From an uncultured Erysipelotrichaceae bacterium (GTDB lineage: Bacteria > Bacillota_I > Bacilli_A > RF39 > UBA660): a stretch of 64,000 nt of DNA. The notes under the pieces were generated by a model, which saw nothing but the letters and a program-made list of their open reading frames with translations, searched no databases and had not been told where the DNA came from. Within the stretch, counting starts at the first letter, position 1. The number at the start of each line of letters is the position of its first letter. The stretch covers positions 30,039 to 94,038 of the forward strand of contig CADBDE010000003.1 in the NCBI GenBank assembly GCA_902793375.1, read 5' to 3'. The translations under genes were made by a program, and so were the position numbers. Below are positions 1 through 7,978 of the stretch, piece after piece.

Positions 1-995
1 CACACTTTCATACCTTTAAATGCTTCTGATACTGGTCCTGATCCACTTATTGGAACACAACAAGAGAAAGTATTTGGATATTCATTAATCATTTTATAAG
101 CAAGAATTCCACCATGACTATGTCCTGAAAGTGCAATTCTATTCTTATCACCATTACATTTTTTAACTACTTCATCGGTTAATTCTTTTAATGCTTCCGT
201 TGTTCCTTTTTGATCATGACCACAAATATATGGCATTATTACTATTCCCTGTGGAGTTATTTCTTTCTTATCAATCATCCTAGGAAGTCCCTGCTTTAAA
301 GCTGTTGTAGCAGGAAGATTTCCAGCAGAATCTCCATGCATATAAAGAAGTACTGGTAATTTAATGTTTTCTGGATTCTTTGGAACATATACATATGTTT
401 CTATTGTTTTTCCATTCTTTGCAGTAAATTTCAAATAGTTTACTTCTCCATATTTTAAATCTTTAACTTCTACAGGTTTAGTATCACCAGATGAAGAACT
501 TGAAGGAAGAGAAATACTAGAATCTTTTCCTTTTAAAGCAGTTAAATCACTTTTTGCTTTTTCGTGTTTTTCATCGAATTGTTTTTCTAAAGAAGCGATT
601 TGGCTTTGATAATTACTTCTCTTATATTTTTCAGTATCCGAACTACCTTTTATACTATTCATTTTATTTGTTAATTCAGCAATTTGGGTATTGATATTCT
701 CTAATTCACCTATTTTACCAACCAATGCATCAGCTGAATTTATCATTCCCTTAAGTTCACTTGAAACGCTTGAAGAAATTGATGAATAAATTTGTCCTAT
801 TTCATCGAATTTACCCAATATTGTACTTTTATTAGAACTATCATAGTAATTATCTACTCCAGATTTTATAGTTTGTGTTTTGGAAGAAATTTCATTAACT
901 TTACTTATAATATTACTACAAGTAGAATTCATATTACCAATTTGTGGTTCAACACTAGATTTAAATTTTTTTAACTCTGCAGATATTTCTCCCAT
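1..995 (-). CDS. Partial CDS (C-terminus beyond the left window edge). Putative T7SS LXG-type polymorphic toxin: about 180-aa helical/coiled-coil N-terminal region, Ser-rich linker, then an alpha/beta-hydrolase (esterase/lipase-like) domain.
   Basis: Continuous minus-frame ORF from ATG at 995 (RBS aggagg just upstream) to position 1 with no stop. Translation begins MGEISAELKKFKSSVEPQIGNMNS.... It contains the nucleophile-elbow motif GHSHGG preceded by ETYVYVPKN...LLYMHGDSAG, as in esterases/lipases. It lies directly downstream of two small WXG100/Lap-like genes. Confidence 0.5.
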   Translation of the reverse strand, partial: MGEISAELKKFKSSVEPQIGNMNSTCSNIISKVNEISSKTQTIKSGVDNYYDSSNKSTILGKFDEIGQIYSSISSSVSSELKGMINSADALVGKIGELENINTQIAELTNKMNSIKGSSDTEKYKRSNYQSQIASLEKQFDEKHEKAKSDLTALKGKDSSISLPSSSSSGDTKPVEVKDLKYGEVNYLKFTAKNGKTIETYVYVPKNPENIKLPVLLYMHGDSAGNLPATTALKQGLPRMIDKKEITPQGIVIMPYICGHDQKGTTEALKELTDEVVKKCNGDKNRIALSGHSHGGILAYKMINEYPNTFSCCVPISGSGPVSEAFKGMKV

Positions 996-1004
996 AACTA
1001 CCTC

Positions 1005-1340
1005 CTATATAGCAATTTTATCGTCTATATGCTTATTAGCATTTTCTTCATATTCATTATAATTTTTAACTGAACTTTCTAGAAAGGCAATATCACCATC
1101 AAATCTTTCTATTTGTTCTTGAAAACCATTATATAATTCTTCAAAATTATTAAAAACAGAATTACTTGTTTTTGTTTCCCAATAATTTTTTAGATTATTA
1201 GTTTCTTTTTTTATATTTTCTAACTGATTATTTAATTTATCTCTTTCTTTTTTTAACCTGTTTAATTGTTCTGTTAATTTATCAGTATCAATTCTATTTT
1301 CATAGTTCATTTGCATCACTTCTTTCCATTTTAGTGGCAA
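1005..1340 (-). CDS. Small alpha-helical protein, LXG-associated (Lap/DUF3958-like) T7SS helper candidate. True start probably at an internal Met (about 1316 or 1310), because the annotated start overlaps the upstream gene by 41 nt.
   Basis: 111-aa coiled-coil-like sequence (LNRLKKERDKLNNQLENIKKETNNLKNYWE...) immediately upstream of the toxin gene. Gene size and position are typical of LXG partner proteins. Confidence 0.4.
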   Translation of the reverse strand: MPLKWKEVMQMNYENRIDTDKLTEQLNRLKKERDKLNNQLENIKKETNNLKNYWETKTSNSVFNNFEELYNGFQEQIERFDGDIAFLESSVKNYNEYEENANKHIDDKIAI

Positions 1341-1611
1341 AAGTATTATCTATGCCATTATGTTCAAGTGCATTCTTCTTTAGTAATGAGCCATTATCAT
1401 ACAAAAAATTAATAACTTGATCTAGATTATTAATGTGGGTGTTAAATGATACTAAGAAATTATGTCCGTCTGCTCCACCCCAAATACTTTCTATTTCACT
1501 AGATATATTGTTTAATTCTTTTTGTATGTTCATTATCTCCTCACTTCTATCTTGATAATAAACACCATTATCATATACTTTTCTACAATTTATTCTAATT
1601 CTATTTCCCAT
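1300..1611 (-). CDS. WXG100-family (EsxA-like) small secreted protein
   Basis: 103 aa, with a central W-x-G motif (SIWGGADGH) and helical flanks. Placed upstream of an LXG-like gene. Confidence 0.45.
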   Translation of the reverse strand: MGNRIRINCRKVYDNGVYYQDRSEEIMNIQKELNNISSEIESIWGGADGHNFLVSFNTHINNLDQVINFLYDNGSLLKKNALEHNGIDNTFATKMERSDANEL

Positions 1612-1616
1612 AATTA

Positions 1617-2687
1617 TTATCCTTCTTCCTTAATAATAATATTTGAATAAAGAGTTTTCTTTGCTTCATCTCCTAATGTCTTAGTTCCCTCTATAACAGA
1701 GAATGTATTAGACAAATCTTTTATTTCAGAAAGTAAAGTATCTTTATATTTTGAATCAGAAAGAATTTCTTCATAAGTTGCATTCGATGCAGTAGCAACT
1801 GTATCAACAAAATTTCTTGTAAAGTAAATAACATTATCATCTACTTTTTGAAGAGTTGAAGAACCAAAATAAATCTCTTTTAATTGATCTTGGAAATTAG
1901 TTTGTTTTGATAAGAAAGAATAAACATCTGCAATGCTTTTTGAAGAATCAAAAATTGTTGCATTCTTAAAGTTGTTTCTCAAATCATTATCAAAAATTGT
2001 AACTATTATTTTTGAAAAATCTGATACCATTGCACCTGAAGTATAAATTGATTTTAAATTAGTTTGAATTTCATTTTGATCCATATTAGATATTTTTTGT
2101 TTTAAATCATCACTAATATTAGGAGAACTTAATAGTTTTTCCTTAATTACAGATGCTGAATCAGTATTAAATAAATATTCATATAATTCACCATTAAATA
2201 TATTTTGAAATTCTTTAACAATACTTACATAATCATCATTTGTTAATTGAGCAGTTTCTGTTTCTGCTTTTTCATTTATATTTAAATCTTCATTTGAATT
2301 ATTAGACTCATAACTTCCTGTATTGACATTACCATTGTTTGAAGAGCCGCCTCCTGGAGTTGCTGAATAAGAACTGTAAGACGAATCCTCACTTTCTTCG
2401 GCACCACTTTCGTCAGCATCTTCTTGTTCTTGAGCAGATGCACTAATAAGACTAGATATATTCATTGCAAGTTTATCTGATTGTTGTAAAGCAGTCTGTA
2501 AACTTGCAATATAACCAGCACCTATTCCATTTGAAGTTAATGCTGAAAAACTACCACTTACATCAATTGATCCTAAATCAGCTGCCATAACAGCAGAATT
2601 CCAACTATTACATGCTTCTGTTAAACTTGATACATCAACACTTAAATCTTTGTCAGAAAGTTGTGAACTGTAATCATCATTTGCCAT
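1617..2687 (-). CDS. Hypothetical protein with N-terminal helical domain and acidic Ser/Asn-rich linker; possible T7SS-associated substrate or chaperone
   Basis: 356 aa. N-terminus LSVDVSSLTEACNSWNSAVMAADLG..., a low-complexity EDADESGAEESEDSSYSSYS stretch, and a C-terminal region of unknown fold. Same strand as the WXG/LXG genes and first in the cluster. Confidence 0.35.
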   Translation of the reverse strand: MANDDYSSQLSDKDLSVDVSSLTEACNSWNSAVMAADLGSIDVSGSFSALTSNGIGAGYIASLQTALQQSDKLAMNISSLISASAQEQEDADESGAEESEDSSYSSYSATPGGGSSNNGNVNTGSYESNNSNEDLNINEKAETETAQLTNDDYVSIVKEFQNIFNGELYEYLFNTDSASVIKEKLLSSPNISDDLKQKISNMDQNEIQTNLKSIYTSGAMVSDFSKIIVTIFDNDLRNNFKNATIFDSSKSIADVYSFLSKQTNFQDQLKEIYFGSSTLQKVDDNVIYFTRNFVDTVATASNATYEEILSDSKYKDTLLSEIKDLSNTFSVIEGTKTLGDEAKKTLYSNIIIKEEG

Positions 2688-2759
2688 ATTATCACCTATT
2701 TTAATATTAATTCATTTAACAAGATAAGTCAATTTTTTAATATAATTCTTTCATATATT

Positions 2760-3860
2760 TTACATAAACATTGCACAATATTCTTCATAAGTTATATTGT
2801 TTTCATTAATATATGTAGCAGCTTCTTCTCCTACAAATCTAAAATGCCAAGCTTCTGTACTATATCCAGTAATATCTTCTTTATCTTCTGGATATCGCAA
2901 AATAAAACCATATTTATATGCATTATTTAACATCCATTTATATTCTTTGGTAGTTTTAAATGGACTAGAAACCATTGATTTAATATCAAGAGCAAGCCCT
3001 GTTTGATGTTCTGAATAACCAGGTGTTGCTACATATTGATTAACATAATCCTGCCCATTACTCTTTAAATATGTTGCGTAAACATCTTGTTGACTTTCAT
3101 AACTTCTATAAGCAGACGTTATACCAAGTTTTAAACCATCTTTTAGCGATGCTGTACACAATTTATCATAAGCATTTTTAGCTTCCTCTGATAAATAATG
3201 CTCTCCATCTGTACATCTATCTACTTCAACAAGTTTAGTTGGTTTAAATGATGAATCTAATTTATTATATTTATTAACAATAACATTAATAGAATATTCT
3301 TTTATAATTTCTGGATCTTCATAGAATTTTTTATCTAATCCAATATTAACTTTAACAATTGTATCTTTATAATCTCCATTAAAATAATTCAAATATCTAT
3401 CAAACTTTTCAACTTTAAAGAAATTAAACTCTAAATAATTTGATATATCTTTTACAAATTTTTCACTTACTTTTGCATTTAATTCTTTACTATTCCATTT
3501 ATTAATAACATTTACATCCCCTGGAATGTATCCTAAATCTAACCATGTCTTTAAATTAACAAAGAAATCTTCATATTCGTAAAAATCAATAATTAAATAA
3601 CTACCAACATATTTTTTATCAAAAGTATCATCTTCTATTACTTCATCTAAAGTTTTTGAATAATCACTATCTAATACTCTTGAGGTTTCTCCTATTGAAT
3701 AAATTTTAAATGATGAAATAAAAGAATATCCTTTATTTTTTAGTTTAAATATACTTGTAACAGGATTTATTAATATTATTATTACTATTATTAATGCAAT
3801 AAAAACGATAATTCTTTTTTTAAGTCTTTTTTTTCTCTTTTTTTCTTCTCTATCTCTCAT
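2760..3860 (-). CDS. Membrane-anchored D-alanyl-D-alanine carboxypeptidase, peptidase M15B (VanY-like)
   Basis: N-terminal KKRKKRLKKR plus a TM helix. C-terminal SAYRSYESQQ...SEHQTGLALDI matches the VanY/M15 zinc-binding signature (SxHxxGxAxD). Confidence 0.75.
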   Translation of the reverse strand: MRDREEKKRKKRLKKRIIVFIALIIVIIILINPVTSIFKLKNKGYSFISSFKIYSIGETSRVLDSDYSKTLDEVIEDDTFDKKYVGSYLIIDFYEYEDFFVNLKTWLDLGYIPGDVNVINKWNSKELNAKVSEKFVKDISNYLEFNFFKVEKFDRYLNYFNGDYKDTIVKVNIGLDKKFYEDPEIIKEYSINVIVNKYNKLDSSFKPTKLVEVDRCTDGEHYLSEEAKNAYDKLCTASLKDGLKLGITSAYRSYESQQDVYATYLKSNGQDYVNQYVATPGYSEHQTGLALDIKSMVSSPFKTTKEYKWMLNNAYKYGFILRYPEDKEDITGYSTEAWHFRFVGEEAATYINENNITYEEYCAMFM

Positions 3861-3861
3861 A

Positions 3862-4518
3862 TTAATTCTTCCTTTCTATTTCATGATTAAACATAACTAG
3901 AATCATAATATATGCAAGTGATAATGCAAAACCTGCAATAGTATCACTCAAATAATGAACACCTAAATATATTCTACTAATACATATTAATATGATTAAG
4001 AATGATAATAATGAAATTAACAATACTTTTAGTCTTTTATTTTTTACAAACATATATATTAAATATATTAAAAAGCCATAAAAGAACGTTGAAACCATAG
4101 AATGCCCAGATGGAAAACTATAATTAGATTCTGTTATTAAATTATATCCAGTTGGTCTTGGTCTTTGAACAACAAATTTAATAAAATTATTAAGCATAAC
4201 AATAACTATAGTATTAATCATTAATACCATTGCAATCTTTTTGTTTTTCATAAACAAAAATAATAATAAGCAAATGATACCAATTATTACAATGCCTCCA
4301 CAAGCAGTAATTGTTTTCATAATTAAAGTCATTTCTTCACTTCTAAAATTCTCTACAAATACATTGTATGCCCAACTATCATATGAAGTAATTTCATATT
4401 GAAAAATATCTTTTAATATTAACAAAAAAACAATTATAGATACCGTAGCAATTATAATTGATTTATTTTTTTTATTAGATATGTTTTCCTTTTTCATAAT
4501 TATCTCCATACTAAACAA
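3862..4518 (-). CDS. PAP2-family membrane phosphatase (undecaprenyl-diphosphatase/BcrC-like)
   Basis: Multiple TM helices. PAP2 motifs KxxxxxxRP (QRPRPTGY), PSGH (FPSGHS) and SRxxxxxHxxxD (SRIYLGVHYLSD). Confidence 0.8.
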   Translation of the reverse strand: MFSMEIIMKKENISNKKNKSIIIATVSIIVFLLILKDIFQYEITSYDSWAYNVFVENFRSEEMTLIMKTITACGGIVIIGIICLLLFLFMKNKKIAMVLMINTIVIVMLNNFIKFVVQRPRPTGYNLITESNYSFPSGHSMVSTFFYGFLIYLIYMFVKNKRLKVLLISLLSFLIILICISRIYLGVHYLSDTIAGFALSLAYIMILVMFNHEIERKN

Positions 4519-4555
4519 ATTATATCAAAAAAAGTAGATTATTTCTACTTTTTAA

Positions 4556-5668
4556 TTATTTGATTCGTTTTCTTAAATATTCAACAAAACCTTCTAATAT
4601 TCTTTTATCATCATCTTTAATCCACTTAATATTATTTAAAATATTAACTGATTCATCATACATACTATTCATTAAAGTATTTGCATACTGGAAAGCACCA
4701 GATTTTTTAAAAATATCTCTTACTTTATCAATTTCTTCTTTTGATATATTCTCTTTCCCATAATACTTTAATAAATCATTTTTATATTCTTCTTTTTCAA
4801 CAGTATATGAGAATAAAATAGTTTGTTTATATTCTTTAATATCTGATCCTATTACTTTTCCCATATCATTATAAATGCCTAGTATATCATCTTGTATTTG
4901 GAAAGCAATACCTATTTTTTCACCAAATTCTTCTATTTCTTTTAATTTATCAGAATCTATTCCTCCAAGTATTAATCCAAGGTTAAGAGGCCCAACAATA
5001 GTGTAATATGCTGTTTTCAACTTATAAATAGTCATTATATTATCATATAAATTTGTATCTTTTAATTTGTATCTTCCATCAAAAGAAAGTTCTACATCAA
5101 TAAGTTCCCCTTCTATTGTTTTTAATACTATATCATTATAGTAATCTAGTATTTTTGCAAAGTTCTTATCATCTTTATAATATTTGATTATTTGTTTATT
5201 TGCTTCATAACAACCATAATCTCCCATACAAATAGCAATTGAATCTCCAGTTTTCTTAGCTAATTCATCATTATATTCTTTATTTAATGAATAATTATGA
5301 TAATGAATAGTTTCCTTTCCCCTTCTTAAATTATCTCCATCAATAATGTCATCATGAATTAAAACTGAAGTTTGAAATATTTCATAAGCAAGTGCAAGTG
5401 GATAACTATATTCTATATTCTTACATTGAGAAATCTTATAGCCAAGTGCAATTAAAAAACCTCTTACTAATTTCCCATCTCTATTTAAGTTACAAAATAA
5501 TCCCAAATTATCTTTTAAATATCCATTTTTATTTTTAATAACATTATCATTATATTTATTAATTACTTTTTCTAAATCACTTTTTATTTGTAAATAACTT
5601 TCATTGAACAATTCTAAATCACTTTTCATATATACCTCTTTATTTGAATATTCTTGGGACTCTATCAC
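4556..5668 (-). CDS. Polyprenyl diphosphate synthase (trans-isoprenyl diphosphate synthase family)
   Basis: First DDxxD motif in LIHDDIIDGDNLRRG and second DDxxD in FQIQDDILG. Confidence 0.85.
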   Translation of the reverse strand: MIESQEYSNKEVYMKSDLELFNESYLQIKSDLEKVINKYNDNVIKNKNGYLKDNLGLFCNLNRDGKLVRGFLIALGYKISQCKNIEYSYPLALAYEIFQTSVLIHDDIIDGDNLRRGKETIHYHNYSLNKEYNDELAKKTGDSIAICMGDYGCYEANKQIIKYYKDDKNFAKILDYYNDIVLKTIEGELIDVELSFDGRYKLKDTNLYDNIMTIYKLKTAYYTIVGPLNLGLILGGIDSDKLKEIEEFGEKIGIAFQIQDDILGIYNDMGKVIGSDIKEYKQTILFSYTVEKEEYKNDLLKYYGKENISKEEIDKVRDIFKKSGAFQYANTLMNSMYDESVNILNNIKWIKDDDKRILEGFVEYLRKRIK

Positions 5669-6716
5669 TAATTGTACTTAATATTTCATAATTAATTGTA
5701 TTACACTTTTCTGCAATATCATCTAAAGTAACATTTTCATTATCCCAAATATATACTTCATCCCCTACTTTAACATCTTTAACATCTGTTACATCAATCA
5801 TACAGCTATCCATACAAATAGTACCCAGTATTTTTACTTTTTGATTATGAATTACTACTTCTCCAATATTTGATAAAATCCTTCTTAATCCATCAGCATA
5901 TCCAATTGGAATAGTAGCAACCATCATTTTTTTGTTCGAAACAAACTTTTGGGAATAACTAATAGCTTCTCCTTCATCAAGTTCTTTTAGATATGTAATT
6001 TTTGTTTTTAATTTACATATTGGCTTAAAATCAAGTATGTCTTTGGCTCCAGGAAAAGATTCAAATCCATACATTATAATTCCTGCTCTAACTAAATTCG
6101 TACAATCATCTTTATATTTTAATAATCCATTAGATGCTTGTGAATGAACATATTTTATTGTACCAAATTCATAAATAATCTTTTTAACAGCTTTATTAAA
6201 TGTATCTAATTGTTTTAAAGTATATTTCTGATCATAATCTGCACTTGATAAATGAGTATATACTCCTTCAACAATAATGTTTTTATGCTTTTTTATAATC
6301 TTTATAAATTCATCAAGATTATTTAGTTTAATTCCAGTTCTATTCATACCTGTTTCAATTTCTAAATGAACTTTTACTTTTTCTTTCCATTTTATTAATT
6401 CATTTAGGAATTCAAATGAACTTATACCAATTATTAAATCATTTTCAATTATTTCATCTATTTCACTAATATCAGGTTGATTTAGAATTAAAACATCTTT
6501 TTGGTAACCAGTTTCTCTAATATCTATTCCTTCATCAACAATTGCTACTCCTACTATATTAAATTGATTTAATACATCAAGTTCTTTATTAATATAAGTA
6601 CCATATCCATTAGCTTTTATTACAGGGAGTATTTCTTTGTTTCCAACATACTTTTTAATTTTATTAATATTATTAATAAATTCATTTTTACTAACTTCCA
6701 TTACAGTAGCTCTCAT
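5640..6716 (-). CDS. alr: Alanine racemase
   Basis: PLP-lysine motif region VIKANGYGTY plus overall alanine racemase N-terminal barrel and C-terminal domain pattern (358 aa). Confidence 0.8.
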   Translation of the reverse strand: MRATVMEVSKNEFINNINKIKKYVGNKEILPVIKANGYGTYINKELDVLNQFNIVGVAIVDEGIDIRETGYQKDVLILNQPDISEIDEIIENDLIIGISSFEFLNELIKWKEKVKVHLEIETGMNRTGIKLNNLDEFIKIIKKHKNIIVEGVYTHLSSADYDQKYTLKQLDTFNKAVKKIIYEFGTIKYVHSQASNGLLKYKDDCTNLVRAGIIMYGFESFPGAKDILDFKPICKLKTKITYLKELDEGEAISYSQKFVSNKKMMVATIPIGYADGLRRILSNIGEVVIHNQKVKILGTICMDSCMIDVTDVKDVKVGDEVYIWDNENVTLDDIAEKCNTINYEILSTISDRVPRIFK

Positions 6717-6799
6717 AGTATCGCCTCTAATACTATTATATTATTAATAATAAAAAATAAAAAGAAAAACTCGAATTAAAAATCCGAGTTAATTTCATA

Positions 6800-6876
6800 T
6801 GGGGCGAAATAAGGGGATCGAACCCTTGCATACCGGAGCCACAATCCGGCGTGTTAACCACTTCACCAATTTCGCC
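6800..6876 (-). tRNA. tRNA-His (anticodon GTG), with encoded G-1 and CCA
   Basis: Reverse complement gGCGAAAT...ccggaTTGTGGCtccgg...GGTTCGATCCCC...ATTTCGC-C-CCA. It has a 7-bp acceptor stem, the extra 5-prime G typical of tRNA-His, anticodon loop TTGTGGC and a T-arm GGTTCGATCC. Confidence 0.85.
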
Positions 6877-7002
6877 AACATTTGTCTCAAAAGACTACTT
6901 TATTTTAGCAGTAATTAACTAAAATATCAAGTACTTTTTTTATCATGGCTATTCACCTATTCAATTATAATCACTTAACATATATTAGAACTAGGAGGAA
7001 TT

Positions 7003-7404
7003 ATGAATAATTATAATTATTTTGATCCATTAAATATTCCAAATAATGAAAATGCAAACAGTCTTTATGGAGCATATGAAGGATATTTAAAAGGAAATAT
7101 GTTTAGTAATCTATATGAAGAATATAAGGGTTATAAACCTGATGTATTAAGACCTGATAATGAAAAAGAACAAGAGTTATTTAACTTAAATCAAATAGGA
7201 TTTGCTTTACATGACATTAATCTATATTTAGATGTAAATCCAAACGACAATCAAATGCTTAGAATATTTGATAAATATAAGAATTTATATAATGAATTAT
7301 TTACACAATATGAAAATAAATATGGAGCAATTTGTGTAAATAATGTTAATAATAAAATTCCATTTGAATGGGAAAATTCAAGTTTCCCATGGGAGGGTAA
7401 ATAA
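7003..7404 (+). CDS. cotJB: Spore coat protein CotJB family (133 aa; the N-terminal extension may be a fused CotJA-like segment)
   Basis: IGFALHDINLYLDVNPNDNQMLRIFDKYKNLYNELFTQYENKYG matches the CotJB signature. It is translationally coupled (ATG overlapping the stop) to cotJC. Confidence 0.65.
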   Translation: MNNYNYFDPLNIPNNENANSLYGAYEGYLKGNMFSNLYEEYKGYKPDVLRPDNEKEQELFNLNQIGFALHDINLYLDVNPNDNQMLRIFDKYKNLYNELFTQYENKYGAICVNNVNNKIPFEWENSSFPWEGK

Positions 7405-7970
7405 TGTTTCAGTATCAAAAAAAATTACAATATCCAATTAATATAAAAAAGAAAGATTTAAAAATGGCAAAATACTTAGTAACTCAATATGGAGGATCTA
7501 ATGGTGAGCTTGGTGCTGCTTTAAGATATTTAAATCAAAGATATTCAATGCCTGATAATAGAGGAAAGGCACTTCTTACTGATATAGGAACAGAAGAATT
7601 AGCTCATGTTGAAATGATATCAACAATGATTTATCAATTAACAAAAGATGCAACGATTGAAGAGCTTGAAAGTGTTGGATTAGGTCCACATTATGCAGAA
7701 CATAGTAAAGGTCTATATCCAACTGATTCAAATGGAGTTCCATTTACAGTTGCATATTTTGCAACTACTGGAGATCCAATTGCAGATTTATACGAAGATA
7801 TGGCAGCAGAACAAAAAGCAAGAGCAGTATATGAAAATCTAATAAATATGACTGATGATAAAGATGTCATAAATCCATTAATATGGTTAAGACAAAGAGA
7901 AATAGTACATTTTAACATGTTTAAAGATTTAGTTAGTATATATGAAAAAGAAAAGAAAGTTAACTATTAA
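7404..7970 (+). CDS. cotJC: Spore coat protein CotJC (manganese-catalase-like ferritin fold)
   Basis: YQKKLQYPINIK...QYGGSNGELGAALRYLNQRYSMPD...TDIGTEELAHVEMI...DPIADLYEDMAAEQKARAVYE closely parallels B. subtilis CotJC. Confidence 0.85.
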   Translation: MFQYQKKLQYPINIKKKDLKMAKYLVTQYGGSNGELGAALRYLNQRYSMPDNRGKALLTDIGTEELAHVEMISTMIYQLTKDATIEELESVGLGPHYAEHSKGLYPTDSNGVPFTVAYFATTGDPIADLYEDMAAEQKARAVYENLINMTDDKDVINPLIWLRQREIVHFNMFKDLVSIYEKEKKVNY

Positions 7971-7978
7971 CTTTCTTT

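Noticed and set aside
792-1062. Plus-strand ORFs 792..974 and 880..1062 (60 aa each)
   Set aside because: They are embedded antisense in the continuous minus-strand toxin ORF (1..995) and have low-complexity Ile/Phe-rich translations typical of AT-rich antisense frames.
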